From contig OZ253580.1 of the NCBI GenBank assembly GCA_965263035.1, positions 4,800,001-4,864,000 on the forward strand: DNA of 64,000 nt, read 5' to 3'. This document shows, piece after piece, positions 40,843 through 50,149 of the stretch. The notes beneath the pieces are model-generated. The model was not told the DNA's origin. It saw only the letters and a program-made list of their open reading frames with translations, and searched no databases. This stretch comes from Acidobacteriota bacterium. GTDB taxonomy: Bacteria > Acidobacteriota > UBA6911 > RPQK01 > JAJDTT01. Each line of letters opens with the position of its first letter. The first letter of the stretch is position 1. The translations under genes were made by a program, and so were the position numbers.

Positions 40843-42813
40843 TCAATAGGGCCAGTTCAAAGCAGGTGACGTAGCCACGAATTGCCGGCGCTTCACCCAT
40901 CGGACCCGGTCCTGTCGGTAATGGTCTCTCTGGTAGAAGGGGTAGTATCTTCCAGGAGGGTCGATGAAGACGACGCTGTTCCCCTTCATGACCAGGTTGA
41001 AATCGACTCCCCACATCTTTTCCTTGACCGTGCGCTCCTGGATGGGAAAGGAGAGTTCCACCACGTCCCCCGGTTTCACGCTCCCCACTTGGGCGTAGCG
41101 CCCCTCCCACCCCAGCTCTCGGGTCCGCTGATTCACCTTGCAAACCGTCTTCTCCGGTTCGGTCCAATCGGGAATCCGAACCTGGAGCCGGATCGGCTGT
41201 TTGACCTTCACGTCGACCTGTCCTTCGTAGGGGATATAGCTCTGGACGTCCGCCCATGGAGAAACCCGGTTGAGAAGCAGATTGACCTTCAGGTCCCCGT
41301 CCCGGTAGTGGAGCAGGTGCCTCCAGGCATACCAGATGGCCCGCGCGTGGTTGCCCGTGCAGCAATGCATGAGGAACAGGTGGTCGGAATCGGGCCGGTC
41401 CGACCAGGTCAGCGGATGCCCCACGAAGTCGTTGGGGGACGCCAGACTCATGGCGGAGCCGATGTTCCGTTCCACGGTCCGGTCGGAGGACTCGAACTCG
41501 GGGCGGTTCCAGGTCTCGTAGCGATCCTCGGGCAGGAGCCGGCCGACGAAGTCTTCCTTCAACAACTGCATCTCGGCGAACTGGTTCCTCAGATAGCGGT
41601 CGGCGTCGTCCCAGTAGTCCCCGGCCCCGGCGAGGCTCAGTTTGATGGCCAGCGCGGCCATATCGGCTACGGTGCAGCCCTCCACGCCGTATCTGGCCAC
41701 TTGCTGGACCGTCTTGGCCGAGTAGTGCTGCCCGGCTCCCGGAGTGGAGGGAAAGAATCCCACGGTGGCGCTGCCGCTGGAATCCCGGGCGTATTCGTAG
41801 GAGTTCTTCGAGTACTCGATGAAATCCTGGTCCTGGCTGGCCATGGCGAATTCCAGCAGGCCGGAGATGGGGCGGGTGTGCAGGTGGGTGTGGGGGACGC
41901 CCCGGAAACGTCCTTCCGAGTCGTAGCAGCCGGAATGCCGGGTCATGTAGATGGCCAGCTTGCGGGCCAGGTCCAGAGCCGGCTGGTATCCGGTGGCCAG
42001 GTAGGCTTGGCTGAGGCCCTGGATGATCCAACCCGCGGCGGCCCCGCTGGCCTCCCGGGTGCAGTCCGGGTCGACGATGTCCCGATCACGGGGAATCTCG
42101 GTTTCCGGGTTGACTGCCATCAGGGGGAAGTAGCAGTAGTCGTCCTTGTAGACCATCAGGCGGGCCACGCCGTCGACCAGTTTCTGCAGCCGTTCCTTCC
42201 AGAACTCGTCGCCGCTCAGCAGGTAGTAGAGGGCGAAGTTGCCCAGCCAACCCCCCTGCGCGACGGTGCTGGCGAGCTGGGTCTCCTTGAGTCCCTTCTG
42301 CTCCAGCCAGTCGGCGTGGAACCCGGCCCAGGGGCGGCCCTCGAACGGCATGTAGATCAGGCCGTCCTCCCCCTGCATGCGAAGCAGGTTCTCCGGCCAG
42401 GCCTGATCCACCTCCAGGTTCTGGTCGCTGCCGCTGACGTATCGGAGCAGGGGGAGCGCCTCCTGGAACTTGTACTGGACGTTCAGGTCATGGAAGTCGT
42501 GCACCAGAACGGGCGGTTTCCGGTTCAGGAGCACGTGCCACCAGATTTCGTAGCCCGCCTCCGGGTCCGCCGACTCGGTCAGCGCGTTGATGGACAGCCG
42601 GGCCCGCTCGGCCAGGTCCAGGGTGTCCGGGACCAGCCCTTCCTGCCATTCACCCTTCAGCGCCGGGAAGCCCACCTTGGGAATCTCCGGAGAGATGTAG
42701 CCGATCTTCTTCGGCTTGGCCTCTTCCGGGGGGCCGGCCGCCAGGGTCACGGCCGTGGCCAGAACCGCCGCGCCCATCCAACGAACTCCGAATCGACTCG
42801 TCTTCGTTTGCAT
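40843..42813 (-). CDS. GH127-like (beta-L-arabinofuranosidase-related) secreted protein
   Basis: EGCTVADM, HCCTGN, VRIPDW motifs. Confidence 0.75.
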   Translation of the reverse strand: MQTKTSRFGVRWMGAAVLATAVTLAAGPPEEAKPKKIGYISPEIPKVGFPALKGEWQEGLVPDTLDLAERARLSINALTESADPEAGYEIWWHVLLNRKPPVLVHDFHDLNVQYKFQEALPLLRYVSGSDQNLEVDQAWPENLLRMQGEDGLIYMPFEGRPWAGFHADWLEQKGLKETQLASTVAQGGWLGNFALYYLLSGDEFWKERLQKLVDGVARLMVYKDDYCYFPLMAVNPETEIPRDRDIVDPDCTREASGAAAGWIIQGLSQAYLATGYQPALDLARKLAIYMTRHSGCYDSEGRFRGVPHTHLHTRPISGLLEFAMASQDQDFIEYSKNSYEYARDSSGSATVGFFPSTPGAGQHYSAKTVQQVARYGVEGCTVADMAALAIKLSLAGAGDYWDDADRYLRNQFAEMQLLKEDFVGRLLPEDRYETWNRPEFESSDRTVERNIGSAMSLASPNDFVGHPLTWSDRPDSDHLFLMHCCTGNHARAIWYAWRHLLHYRDGDLKVNLLLNRVSPWADVQSYIPYEGQVDVKVKQPIRLQVRIPDWTEPEKTVCKVNQRTRELGWEGRYAQVGSVKPGDVVELSFPIQERTVKEKMWGVDFNLVMKGNSVVFIDPPGRYYPFYQRDHYRQDRVRWVKRRQFVATSPALNWPY

Positions 42814-42958
42814 TGCCGTTTATCATCCGTGTAGGAGTGAGTCATGATGTATGGACCGACTGCGGTCAGGCCCAATGGGGGTTATTCTAGATGATGACGT
42901 TGTGTTTCGGTACCGACCGATTTCCGGGAGGGCCGCCTTTCCCGACAGAGGTGTCACG

Positions 42959-43462
42959 ATGGCTGGGATGAAGAAGATCAGGAAGCTGGACCATGTTGCC
43001 TTGATGGTGAGCGATCTGGACCGGTCGTTTCATTTCTACCACCACCTGCTGGGCCTGGAGGTGGAGGAGTACGTCGAGCACCCCATGCCGGGGTCCAAGA
43101 ACATCCAGGGCGTCGCCAAGATGACCCGGTTCCCCGACGTGAGGGTGCGGGAATATCGCATGAAGATGCCCGAGAACCCGGGCATGACCCTTGATCTGAT
43201 CGAGTGGATCACCCCCAAGAGTCCCGTGGGCCGGTACCCTTTGCACCACGTCCCGTCCTCGCATCTCTGCTTCGACGTGGAAGACATGGAGGCCACTTAC
43301 GAGTTCCTGAAGGGAGAAGGCGTCGAGTTCGTCTCTCCGCCCGTCTACTGGGAGCCGGAGGAAGGGGGATGGGTGGTCCTGTTCTTCTACGATCCGGACG
43401 GGAATCTGCTGGAGTTGAACCAGCCGCAACCGCACCATCAGAAGCCCGAACCCGGTGCCTGA
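42959..43462 (+). CDS. VOC (glyoxalase-like) protein
   Basis: LDHVALMVSDLDRS, HLCF, FYDPDGNLLEL. Confidence 0.92.
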   Translation: MAGMKKIRKLDHVALMVSDLDRSFHFYHHLLGLEVEEYVEHPMPGSKNIQGVAKMTRFPDVRVREYRMKMPENPGMTLDLIEWITPKSPVGRYPLHHVPSSHLCFDVEDMEATYEFLKGEGVEFVSPPVYWEPEEGGWVVLFFYDPDGNLLELNQPQPHHQKPEPGA

Positions 43463-43538
43463 CCCCGCTGGGAGGGGGGACATCCCTGTCCCCCATTCTT
43501 CCTGGTCCTCTGGTCCCACCGAAGTTCTGCGGATCGGC

Positions 43539-44351
43539 TTATTGATTTGCAGACCGGGCCAGAAACCTGGCTTGGCCCACTTCCATTTGCCGCCCGGAGG
43601 GTTGGATCGCCGTGATCCCGCCGTCCACCATCAGCACGGCTCCGGTGATGTAGGAGGCCTCGTCGCTGGCGAGGAACAGGATGGCGTTGGCCACCTCGCT
43701 GGGCTCGGCGAAGCGGGACATGAGCGTCATGCCCGCATAGGGCGCCACGTTCTCGGCCGGCGTGTTGGCCATCATGGGCGTGTTCATGCCGGTGGGGCAG
43801 ACCGCGTTCGCCCGGATGCCGTCGAGTCCGCAGTCCTGGGCGATACAGCGGGTCAGGCCGATGAGGCCGTGCTTGGAGGTGTTGTAGTCGGCTTGGTTCT
43901 CGTTGCCCTGCACGCCCGACACCGACGAGACGCAGACGATGCTTCCCGCCCCCTGGCGTTTCATCTGGGGGATCACCGCCTTGGAGCAGAGGAACGGACC
44001 ACGCAGGTTGACCCGCATGATCCGGTCCCAGACTACTGCATCGATTTCGTACACAGGCGCCACTTCACCGAATATGGCGGCGTTGTTCACGAGGATGTCG
44101 ATCCTGCCGAATTGCTCCACGGTGGTCGCCGCCATGCGCTCCGTGTCCTGCTCGTCACTGCAGTCGGCCACGATTGCAATCGCTTCGCCGCCGGCCTCCC
44201 GGATTTTCCCTACCGTCTCCGCGGCCGTTTGCGGATTCACGTCTACGACCGCCACCCGGGCGCCCTCCGCCGCGAACCGCACGGCCACAGACTCGCCCAA
44301 GCCCTGACCGGCCCCCGTTACGATCGCCACCTTGTCTCCCAAACGCCCCAT
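43539..44351 (-). CDS. SDR oxidoreductase
   Basis: TGAGQGLG, NNAA, YNTSK. Confidence 0.95.
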   Translation of the reverse strand: MGRLGDKVAIVTGAGQGLGESVAVRFAAEGARVAVVDVNPQTAAETVGKIREAGGEAIAIVADCSDEQDTERMAATTVEQFGRIDILVNNAAIFGEVAPVYEIDAVVWDRIMRVNLRGPFLCSKAVIPQMKRQGAGSIVCVSSVSGVQGNENQADYNTSKHGLIGLTRCIAQDCGLDGIRANAVCPTGMNTPMMANTPAENVAPYAGMTLMSRFAEPSEVANAILFLASDEASYITGAVLMVDGGITAIQPSGRQMEVGQARFLARSANQ

Positions 44352-44354
44352 CCT

Positions 44355-46031
44355 TCACCTCCCGGCTTCTTCGGCCAGACGCCGTCTCGCCAGCGTACCG
44401 ACGTAGCTGGCTGTGGCCCTTGCCTGGTTCGCCAGCCAATACTGAAGTGCCAGTGGCCTGAGCGGCTGTTCGCTTAGATACACCTCGTACCAGCCCTTGC
44501 CCAGCCGCGCCAGCCGCAAGCCCAGGACCGAAAAGCCGATCACCATCAATGGGACCAGCAGGAACGACATCACCGGGACCGTTGCCGGAAACGCCATCGC
44601 CAACGCCGCCAAAAGTCCCGAAACGGCCGCGCCGCTGATTCCAGCGGCCATGATGGACTTGCCGATCGCCCGGTATAGTTCGCCTTCCGTGATCTCTCTT
44701 CTCTGGTACTGGAGACCGTACTCCAACACGGCCATCACCGCTGCTATCGCCGCGGCGGTCAAGACTCCTTCCAAGGCGCATTTTGCCGTCTCCAGGAGCG
44801 TCGCGTGAAAGGCGTCGCTCTGCAGGACCCGTTGCGCCGCTTCCAGCTCCCTCGGCGTCATTAGATCGCTGCCCCGTGCGCGATTCACGGAGGAGTTTTC
44901 GAACAAGCCATTGGACGCCGAGTGACTGCCGCCCTCGCTGTATGCACGGATGTGGCTCCAGTCCTTGCCCTCCAGATACTTCGCCGTGGCCTCAGGTCCC
45001 GCTGCCCGGATCTGTTCGGGGATCGTCTCCCAGACCCTCTGTGCTTCAACCTGACCCCGCGAGGTACCCCGTGTCCCGGCGTACAAATACTTCGTCGGGT
45101 CCAAGTTCGCCCAGTCGAGATTGAGTGAAAAGCGCGAAAGGTGACCGTAAGCGTCCCAGAACGGAGTCGGGTCGCGCATAACCGCCAACATCTGCTGGAA
45201 GGAATCTGTCACCCTTACCTTCTCGGAGACGGCCAAGACGCCGGCCGTCACACCGGTGATGACCGGCGCACCATAAGAGCGAGTAACGGACAGCCCCGCC
45301 GTAGCCCCTTGACGAGCCTTCTCCGCGGACCGGACGGCCGCGTCCTTGACTCCCTCTACAACCTGTTCCGCTCCGTCGCGAGCCCTCTCGGCGGACCAAC
45401 CGGCTGCATCCCTAGTACCCTGGGCGATGTGGGTTGCCCCAACCTGTGCCTTCTCGGTGGACCAGGCGGCCACGTCCTTGACTCCGTCCGCGACCTGTGC
45501 CGCGCCCTCGCGGGCCTTTTCGGCGGACCGAGTGGCTGCATCCTTCGCTCCCTCGGTGATGTGGGTTGTCCCAACCCGTGCCTTTTCGGCAGACCAGCCG
45601 GCCACGTCCTTGACTCCGTCCGCAACCTGTGCCGCCCCCTGGCGGACCTTTTCGGCGGACCGAGCGGCTGCATCCTTCGATCCCTCTGCGATGTGCGTTG
45701 CCCTAACCCGAGCCTTTTTGGTGGACCGATTGGCTGCGTACATGGCTCCCTCCATCACCCGTGCCGTGCCGCCGCGAGCCTTTTCGGCGGACCAGGCGGC
45801 GGCGTCCTTGGCCTCGTCCGCAACTCGCGCCGCCCCGTCACGAGTCTTTTCTGCGGAATGAGCTGCAGCATTCTTGGCTCCCGCCGCTACCCGAGCCGCC
45901 CGATCACAAGCTTGTTCTGCGGTCCGAGTGGCCGCATCCTTCGCTCGCTTCGTCACCCGAAAAAACCTGGCGCGGGCTTTCCCTGTCTCCGACGCGGCGT
46001 CACGAGACTCATTTGCTGAGGTGTCTACCAC
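44355..46031 (-). CDS. Protein with 22-aa LEA/apolipoprotein-like repeats, HNH-like motif and C-terminal hydrophobic helices
   Basis: About 10 repeats like AAQVADGVKDVAGWSAEKARVG; KDWSHI...GGS..SN...E...NRARG; hydrophobic C-terminus. Confidence 0.8.
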   Translation of the reverse strand: MVDTSANESRDAASETGKARARFFRVTKRAKDAATRTAEQACDRAARVAAGAKNAAAHSAEKTRDGAARVADEAKDAAAWSAEKARGGTARVMEGAMYAANRSTKKARVRATHIAEGSKDAAARSAEKVRQGAAQVADGVKDVAGWSAEKARVGTTHITEGAKDAATRSAEKAREGAAQVADGVKDVAAWSTEKAQVGATHIAQGTRDAAGWSAERARDGAEQVVEGVKDAAVRSAEKARQGATAGLSVTRSYGAPVITGVTAGVLAVSEKVRVTDSFQQMLAVMRDPTPFWDAYGHLSRFSLNLDWANLDPTKYLYAGTRGTSRGQVEAQRVWETIPEQIRAAGPEATAKYLEGKDWSHIRAYSEGGSHSASNGLFENSSVNRARGSDLMTPRELEAAQRVLQSDAFHATLLETAKCALEGVLTAAAIAAVMAVLEYGLQYQRREITEGELYRAIGKSIMAAGISGAAVSGLLAALAMAFPATVPVMSFLLVPLMVIGFSVLGLRLARLGKGWYEVYLSEQPLRPLALQYWLANQARATASYVGTLARRRLAEEAGR

Positions 46032-46067
46032 TTTGAGAATTTCCTTCTCGGGCTCGGCAACAGCCTC

Positions 46068-46325
46068 TTACGCCCCGACAATGCCCAAAGTGTCGTAACC
46101 GATGATCTTATTGGCACTTCGTTGGTCGCGCCTCGGCAGCTTCGCGCAGTCCAGCGCGATGCGATCCAATTCTTCGACGCGCCGGGATATGCCACGCGAT
46201 TCCTCAACCTGTTCCAAGCGCGCCTGGAGGGCATGTTTGACCGCCTCGGTCAACGATTTTCCGGTCAACGTGGCGAGCCTCTTCGCGAGGCCATGGGTTT
46301 CTGCATCATCTATTTTTAGCGCCAT
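46068..46325 (-). CDS. vapB: VapB-family (Rv0623-like) antitoxin, no adjacent vapC
   Basis: MALKIDDAETHGLAKRLATLTGKSLTEAV...IIGYD. Confidence 0.85.
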   Translation of the reverse strand: MALKIDDAETHGLAKRLATLTGKSLTEAVKHALQARLEQVEESRGISRRVEELDRIALDCAKLPRRDQRSANKIIGYDTLGIVGA

Positions 46326-46617
46326 ACCAATATTCTCCACATCCGGATTCTTGAAAGTAGTAGGAAAAATCAACCTGAAGGAGCAATCGTAACACCTGAA
46401 TGTCGCGGCAGGTGCTCGGTTCGGCCGTGTCTCTATTGCCTTCGGGACAGTCCGTTGTCTTGGTCGCTGTTCAGACCCTATAATCCCGATCAACGCGAAC
46501 GCCAGGGGTTTATTGTCGGCGTCCCGTGCCGTCTCGACTGTGCCACGTTATTTCGGAACCCGAAAGGTCGGCGCCGAGGACACTGACTTCAACGAATGCA
46601 TCCGGAGGTTCTGACCC

Positions 46618-47448
46618 ATGCAGATTGATCGCCGCCGATTTATCGAAACCGTATCTCGCAGCGCAGCGGGCGCAGGCTTCGTTCCCGCACTCTCGGCGCT
46701 GGGTTGCGCCCCGTCCACCGAATCCGAGTGGAAACCTCTTTTCGACGGGGTTTCACTGAACGGCTGGCACACCAATCCGGAGAAGACCGGTCACGGTACG
46801 GGTGGGCAGTGGGCCGTCGAGGATGGAACCATCACGGGTCAGCAGGACCCCCCCGGCTCGGGCAACGGCGGCATCCTGCTCACCGACGAGAAGTTCATGG
46901 ACTTCGAACTCTCCATCGACATCAAACCGGACTGGGGGGTCTGCTCGGGACTCTTTCTGCGCAGCAACGACAAGGGCCAGTGTGTGCAGATGATGGTCGA
47001 CTATCACGACAACGGCAAAATGGGGTTTCTCTACGGCGAAGGGACCTTCGGCTTCAACTGTGCGACCTTCGAGATCAACGGGGTCCTGGACCAGGACCAA
47101 CGGTTGGTCCGTCTCACGCCCATCGGCGGCCGCTCCTTGGAGGAGGCCGGGTTGATCTCGTCCTGCAAGCCGGAGGAGTTCATCGAGGCCTACAAGATCG
47201 ACGATTGGAATACGGCCCGGGTCCTCGTCACCGGAACCGAACCGCACCTCACCACGTGGATCAACGGCCTGAAGATCTGCGAGTTCGACGGGCCGACCAC
47301 CACCAATCAGAAGTACGTCGACAATCGCCAGGAGATCGTGAACCGGGTCGGCCAACCCGGCAGCATCGCGGTCCAGGTCCACGGCGGCAAGAGTTGGCCG
47401 ACCGGCGCCAAGTGCCGCTGGAAGAACATCCGGATCCGCCCGGTGTAG
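46618..47448 (+). CDS. Tat-exported DUF1080 (3-keto-disaccharide hydrolase-like) protein
   Basis: RRRF leader, LFDGVSLNGW, SGLFLR, WN, IAVQVH, WKNIRIR. Confidence 0.92.
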   Translation: MQIDRRRFIETVSRSAAGAGFVPALSALGCAPSTESEWKPLFDGVSLNGWHTNPEKTGHGTGGQWAVEDGTITGQQDPPGSGNGGILLTDEKFMDFELSIDIKPDWGVCSGLFLRSNDKGQCVQMMVDYHDNGKMGFLYGEGTFGFNCATFEINGVLDQDQRLVRLTPIGGRSLEEAGLISSCKPEEFIEAYKIDDWNTARVLVTGTEPHLTTWINGLKICEFDGPTTTNQKYVDNRQEIVNRVGQPGSIAVQVHGGKSWPTGAKCRWKNIRIRPV

Positions 47449-47539
47449 AGCAAAGGCCGGTCGAGGAGGAGTGGCCGGAGGGGCGACTTTCTTGTCGCCC
47501 ATTGGGAGGGGACTTCCCACCCTTCTTCAAGCGAGATTT

Positions 47540-47604
47540 GACCCCCAGGGGGAGGCCCGGCGAAGGGAGCGTAGCGACCGCAGCCGGGCCTCCCCCTGGG
47601 GGTC
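47540..47604. other. 22-bp perfect-stem hairpin in the IS110 downstream end
   Basis: gacccccagggggaggcccggc ... gccgggcctccccctgggggtc. Confidence 0.8.
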
Positions 47605-47746
47605 CTCTCTGGTACGGTGGTTCCCATTGACCTGGTGAAGCGATCCCCGGGTCCAGTCCATGGTCGCCCGGATGGACATCGCTCTTGAGCTTCTGGAGCG
47701 ACCGCACCAGGGTGGAGCCTACAACGTCCCTCGGTCCAGATCCGGA

Positions 47747-48994
47747 TCAAGCAGCCCGGCGCTGTCTCGCATGATTCGCATCGTATTCCGTCTGGTCTCG
47801 CAACATGGCGCAGGCCACCGCCAGCAGGCGATCGGCAACGGACCGCAGGGCCCGGGCATGGCCGTGGCCGCGCTCCCGCAGGGCAGCGTACTTGGCCTTG
47901 CTGGTGGGGTCGTGTTGCGTGGCCACGCGCGACCAATGATAGGCCGCTTCCCGCAGACGAGGATGAACGGCTTGGCGGCGCACGACCCGGGTGTATTTGC
48001 CGGAACTCCGGGTCACGGGGGCCACCCCGCACAGACATCGCAAAGCGGCGTAATCTCGGCGCCGGATCGCATCGAAGGCTTCCGAGAGCAGGGTGGCCAG
48101 GACGATTCGGCCGATGCCGGGCAGGGAGGCGAGGATCGCCACGTCCCGGCACGGTCCTTGGGGCCCCGGCGTCGACTCGCACCGCTTCTCCCAAGCCCGG
48201 ATCAAACGGTCGAGCTCACGAGAGATGTCCCGGAGTTGGTTCCGCACCACGGCCAGGCGCTCACCGAGACTTTCGATGTGGACCCTCATCGCCTGGGTGG
48301 TGCCCGGGGCGACCGGGATGGAGCGTACCCGCAAGCGACGCAGGACCTCTGGGGCGTCGATGCGCCGGATCCGATGTTGTTTCAACACCTTGGCGACCCG
48401 GCTCGGACGCAGCTTCCGGGCCGCATCCGGTGTCGGGGCCAGCTTCCACACTTCCATCACCCACGGCTCGGCGAGATCCTTGCTCAGGTGTAGGAACTGC
48501 GGATAGTAGCGCCAGAGTTGTTGGCGCAGGCGGTTGAGAAGCCGGGTCCGATCACGGGTCAACTGTGCACCCAGTCTGGACACCTCGCGCAGTTGGATCA
48601 TTTCAGAATCGACCGGTTCGAGCTGTTGCCAGCGATCCCCGTCGGTTCGGATCGCGTCGGCCAGCACCCGGGCATCGCGGCGGTCATCCTTGGCGCCCGC
48701 CGGCGAGAAGCGGTCGCGGAATCGATCCACCTGCCTTGGATTGATGGCATACACGACAAAGCATCGCCCCATCAAAAACTCCACCACCGGACCGTGCGGC
48801 ACTTCAATCGCCACCGAGACGGCCTCCGCTCTCGTCCCCGTCTGCTGCAGGATCCAGTCGGCCATCTGGGCCAGGCCCGAACCGCTGTGCGGGAAGCTGC
48901 GCTGTCCCTGACAGGTGCCTCGCTCATCCACGACGCAGACTTGGTGCGCCTGGGACGCCCAATCGACCCCCACAAACCATTGACTTGGTTTCAT
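47747..48994 (-). CDS. IS110 DEDD recombinase/transposase
   Basis: FVGVDWA, IEVP, KDDRRDA, LPGIG, GVAPVTRSSG; AGGAGG RBS before ATG 48994. Confidence 0.96.
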   Translation of the reverse strand: MKPSQWFVGVDWASQAHQVCVVDERGTCQGQRSFPHSGSGLAQMADWILQQTGTRAEAVSVAIEVPHGPVVEFLMGRCFVVYAINPRQVDRFRDRFSPAGAKDDRRDARVLADAIRTDGDRWQQLEPVDSEMIQLREVSRLGAQLTRDRTRLLNRLRQQLWRYYPQFLHLSKDLAEPWVMEVWKLAPTPDAARKLRPSRVAKVLKQHRIRRIDAPEVLRRLRVRSIPVAPGTTQAMRVHIESLGERLAVVRNQLRDISRELDRLIRAWEKRCESTPGPQGPCRDVAILASLPGIGRIVLATLLSEAFDAIRRRDYAALRCLCGVAPVTRSSGKYTRVVRRQAVHPRLREAAYHWSRVATQHDPTSKAKYAALRERGHGHARALRSVADRLLAVACAMLRDQTEYDANHARQRRAA

Positions 48995-49009
48995 CCCGAA
49001 CCTCCTAGT

Positions 49010-49215
49010 GATTAAATGGATGTCGGGCCGCCGCGATCCGGGCCAATTCCTGTACTGGCATTCGTGGATCCAAACTTCCCACGGGGCCTCCATCGCGGCA
49101 ACCGGCCGGGGCACGAGTCCCCTCCAGGTGCTCTGAGGGCGCTGCGGCTTTATGGTAGCTCCCGGCCGGTTGGCCCTCTTCACCCACCGTGGGTGAAGTC
49201 CCCTAAAGAGCACTC
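49010..49215 (-). ncRNA. Predicted IS110 bridge RNA
   Basis: 5' hairpin, target loop with guides aaagccgc and ggagggg, donor loop with guides gtgggaagt and gtacagga; ends approximate. Confidence 0.8.
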
Positions 49216-49330
49216 GAGAAGGGTACAGGCGGCTTTCTTGCCGCCCACTGGGACAGGCGGTTTTCTTGCCGCCTGCTCTCCGGTGTTGCTTCGGTAGGCG
49301 GGAAGTGTAGAGGGGGGACTGCCGTCCCCC

Positions 49331-50149
49331 CTACCCCCCCCGGAACGGCGGCAAGAAAGCCGCCGCTCCCGCCCCGCCGCGACCCGGCAGCGAGTCCAGC
49401 AGGACCCGAGTGTAGGCATGCCGCGGCTTCCGCAAGACCGTCTCCGTCGGTCCCGCCTCAACAATGCGTCCCCGGCGCATTACGTGCACCCGGGAGGTCA
49501 TGTAGCGCACCAGCGCCAAATCATGGGAGATGAAGAGGATGGCCAGGTTCCGTTCGGACCGCAGCCGCCGAAGAAGGTTGGCGAGGCGGGCCTGGGCCGA
49601 CTGGTCGATTGCGGACGTGGGCTCGTCCGCGATCAGGACCCTCGGTTCGGGTGCCAGGGCCCGGGCGATGCTGACCCGCTGACGCTGGCCGCCCGAAAGT
49701 GCCTTGGGAAACCTTCGGGCCTGGGATTCGTCGATGCCGATGGATTGAAGCAGGGAAAAGGACTCTGCCTGGGCCTGTTTGCGCGTCAGTCCGCGCCATA
49801 CCTGGAGGGCTTCCGCCACCGCCGACCACGCCCGCATCCGGGGGTTGAGGGACGAATACGGGTCCTGGAAGACCATCTGGACCTTCCAGCGCTCGTTCTT
49901 GGGGACGCGCTCTCGCGAGTCGGGCTCCGCGACCTGCTTGCCTTCCCACAACACCGTTCCAAAGGCCGCCGGCTGGAGGCCCACGAGCACCCGCGCCAGC
50001 GTGGTCTTGCCGCTGCCGCTCTCGCCGACCACGCCCACGATCTCGCCTGGATGGAGCGTCAGGCTGGCATCGCGAACGGCCTCGAACGCGTCCGCACCCC
50101 GTCCGAACCGGACCGTGATGTTCCGGCCCTCCAGCAGCGGTCCGCTCAT
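49331..50149 (-). CDS. Peptide ABC ATPase (OppF/DppF-like)
   Basis: GESGSGKT, LSGGQRQR, ADEPT; C-terminus reads through a REP copy. Confidence 0.92.
   Translation of the reverse strand: MSGPLLEGRNITVRFGRGADAFEAVRDASLTLHPGEIVGVVGESGSGKTTLARVLVGLQPAAFGTVLWEGKQVAEPDSRERVPKNERWKVQMVFQDPYSSLNPRMRAWSAVAEALQVWRGLTRKQAQAESFSLLQSIGIDESQARRFPKALSGGQRQRVSIARALAPEPRVLIADEPTSAIDQSAQARLANLLRRLRSERNLAILFISHDLALVRYMTSRVHVMRRGRIVEAGPTETVLRKPRHAYTRVLLDSLPGRGGAGAAAFLPPFRGG

Larger units (their letters stand above)
47510..49229 (-). mobile_element. IS110-family element inserted in a REP array with a CC core
   Basis: Removing it restores REP unit aaagccgCCcctcccaat; the junction gives TTGAAG-N17-TACCCT. Confidence 0.88.

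Noticed and set aside
1721-42834. Long antisense or alternate-frame ORFs (e.g. 1721-3646 -, 36608-38362 -, 40882-42834 +)
   Set aside because: Shadow ORFs of high-GC genes with no recognisable motifs.
45305-45965. 66/132-bp periodic DNA repeats
   Set aside because: Explained by the 22-aa protein repeats of the 44355-46031 ORF.
48995-49213. N-terminal extension of the IS110 ORF in the track
   Set aside because: A strong RBS precedes ATG 48994, and the region is better explained as bridge RNA.
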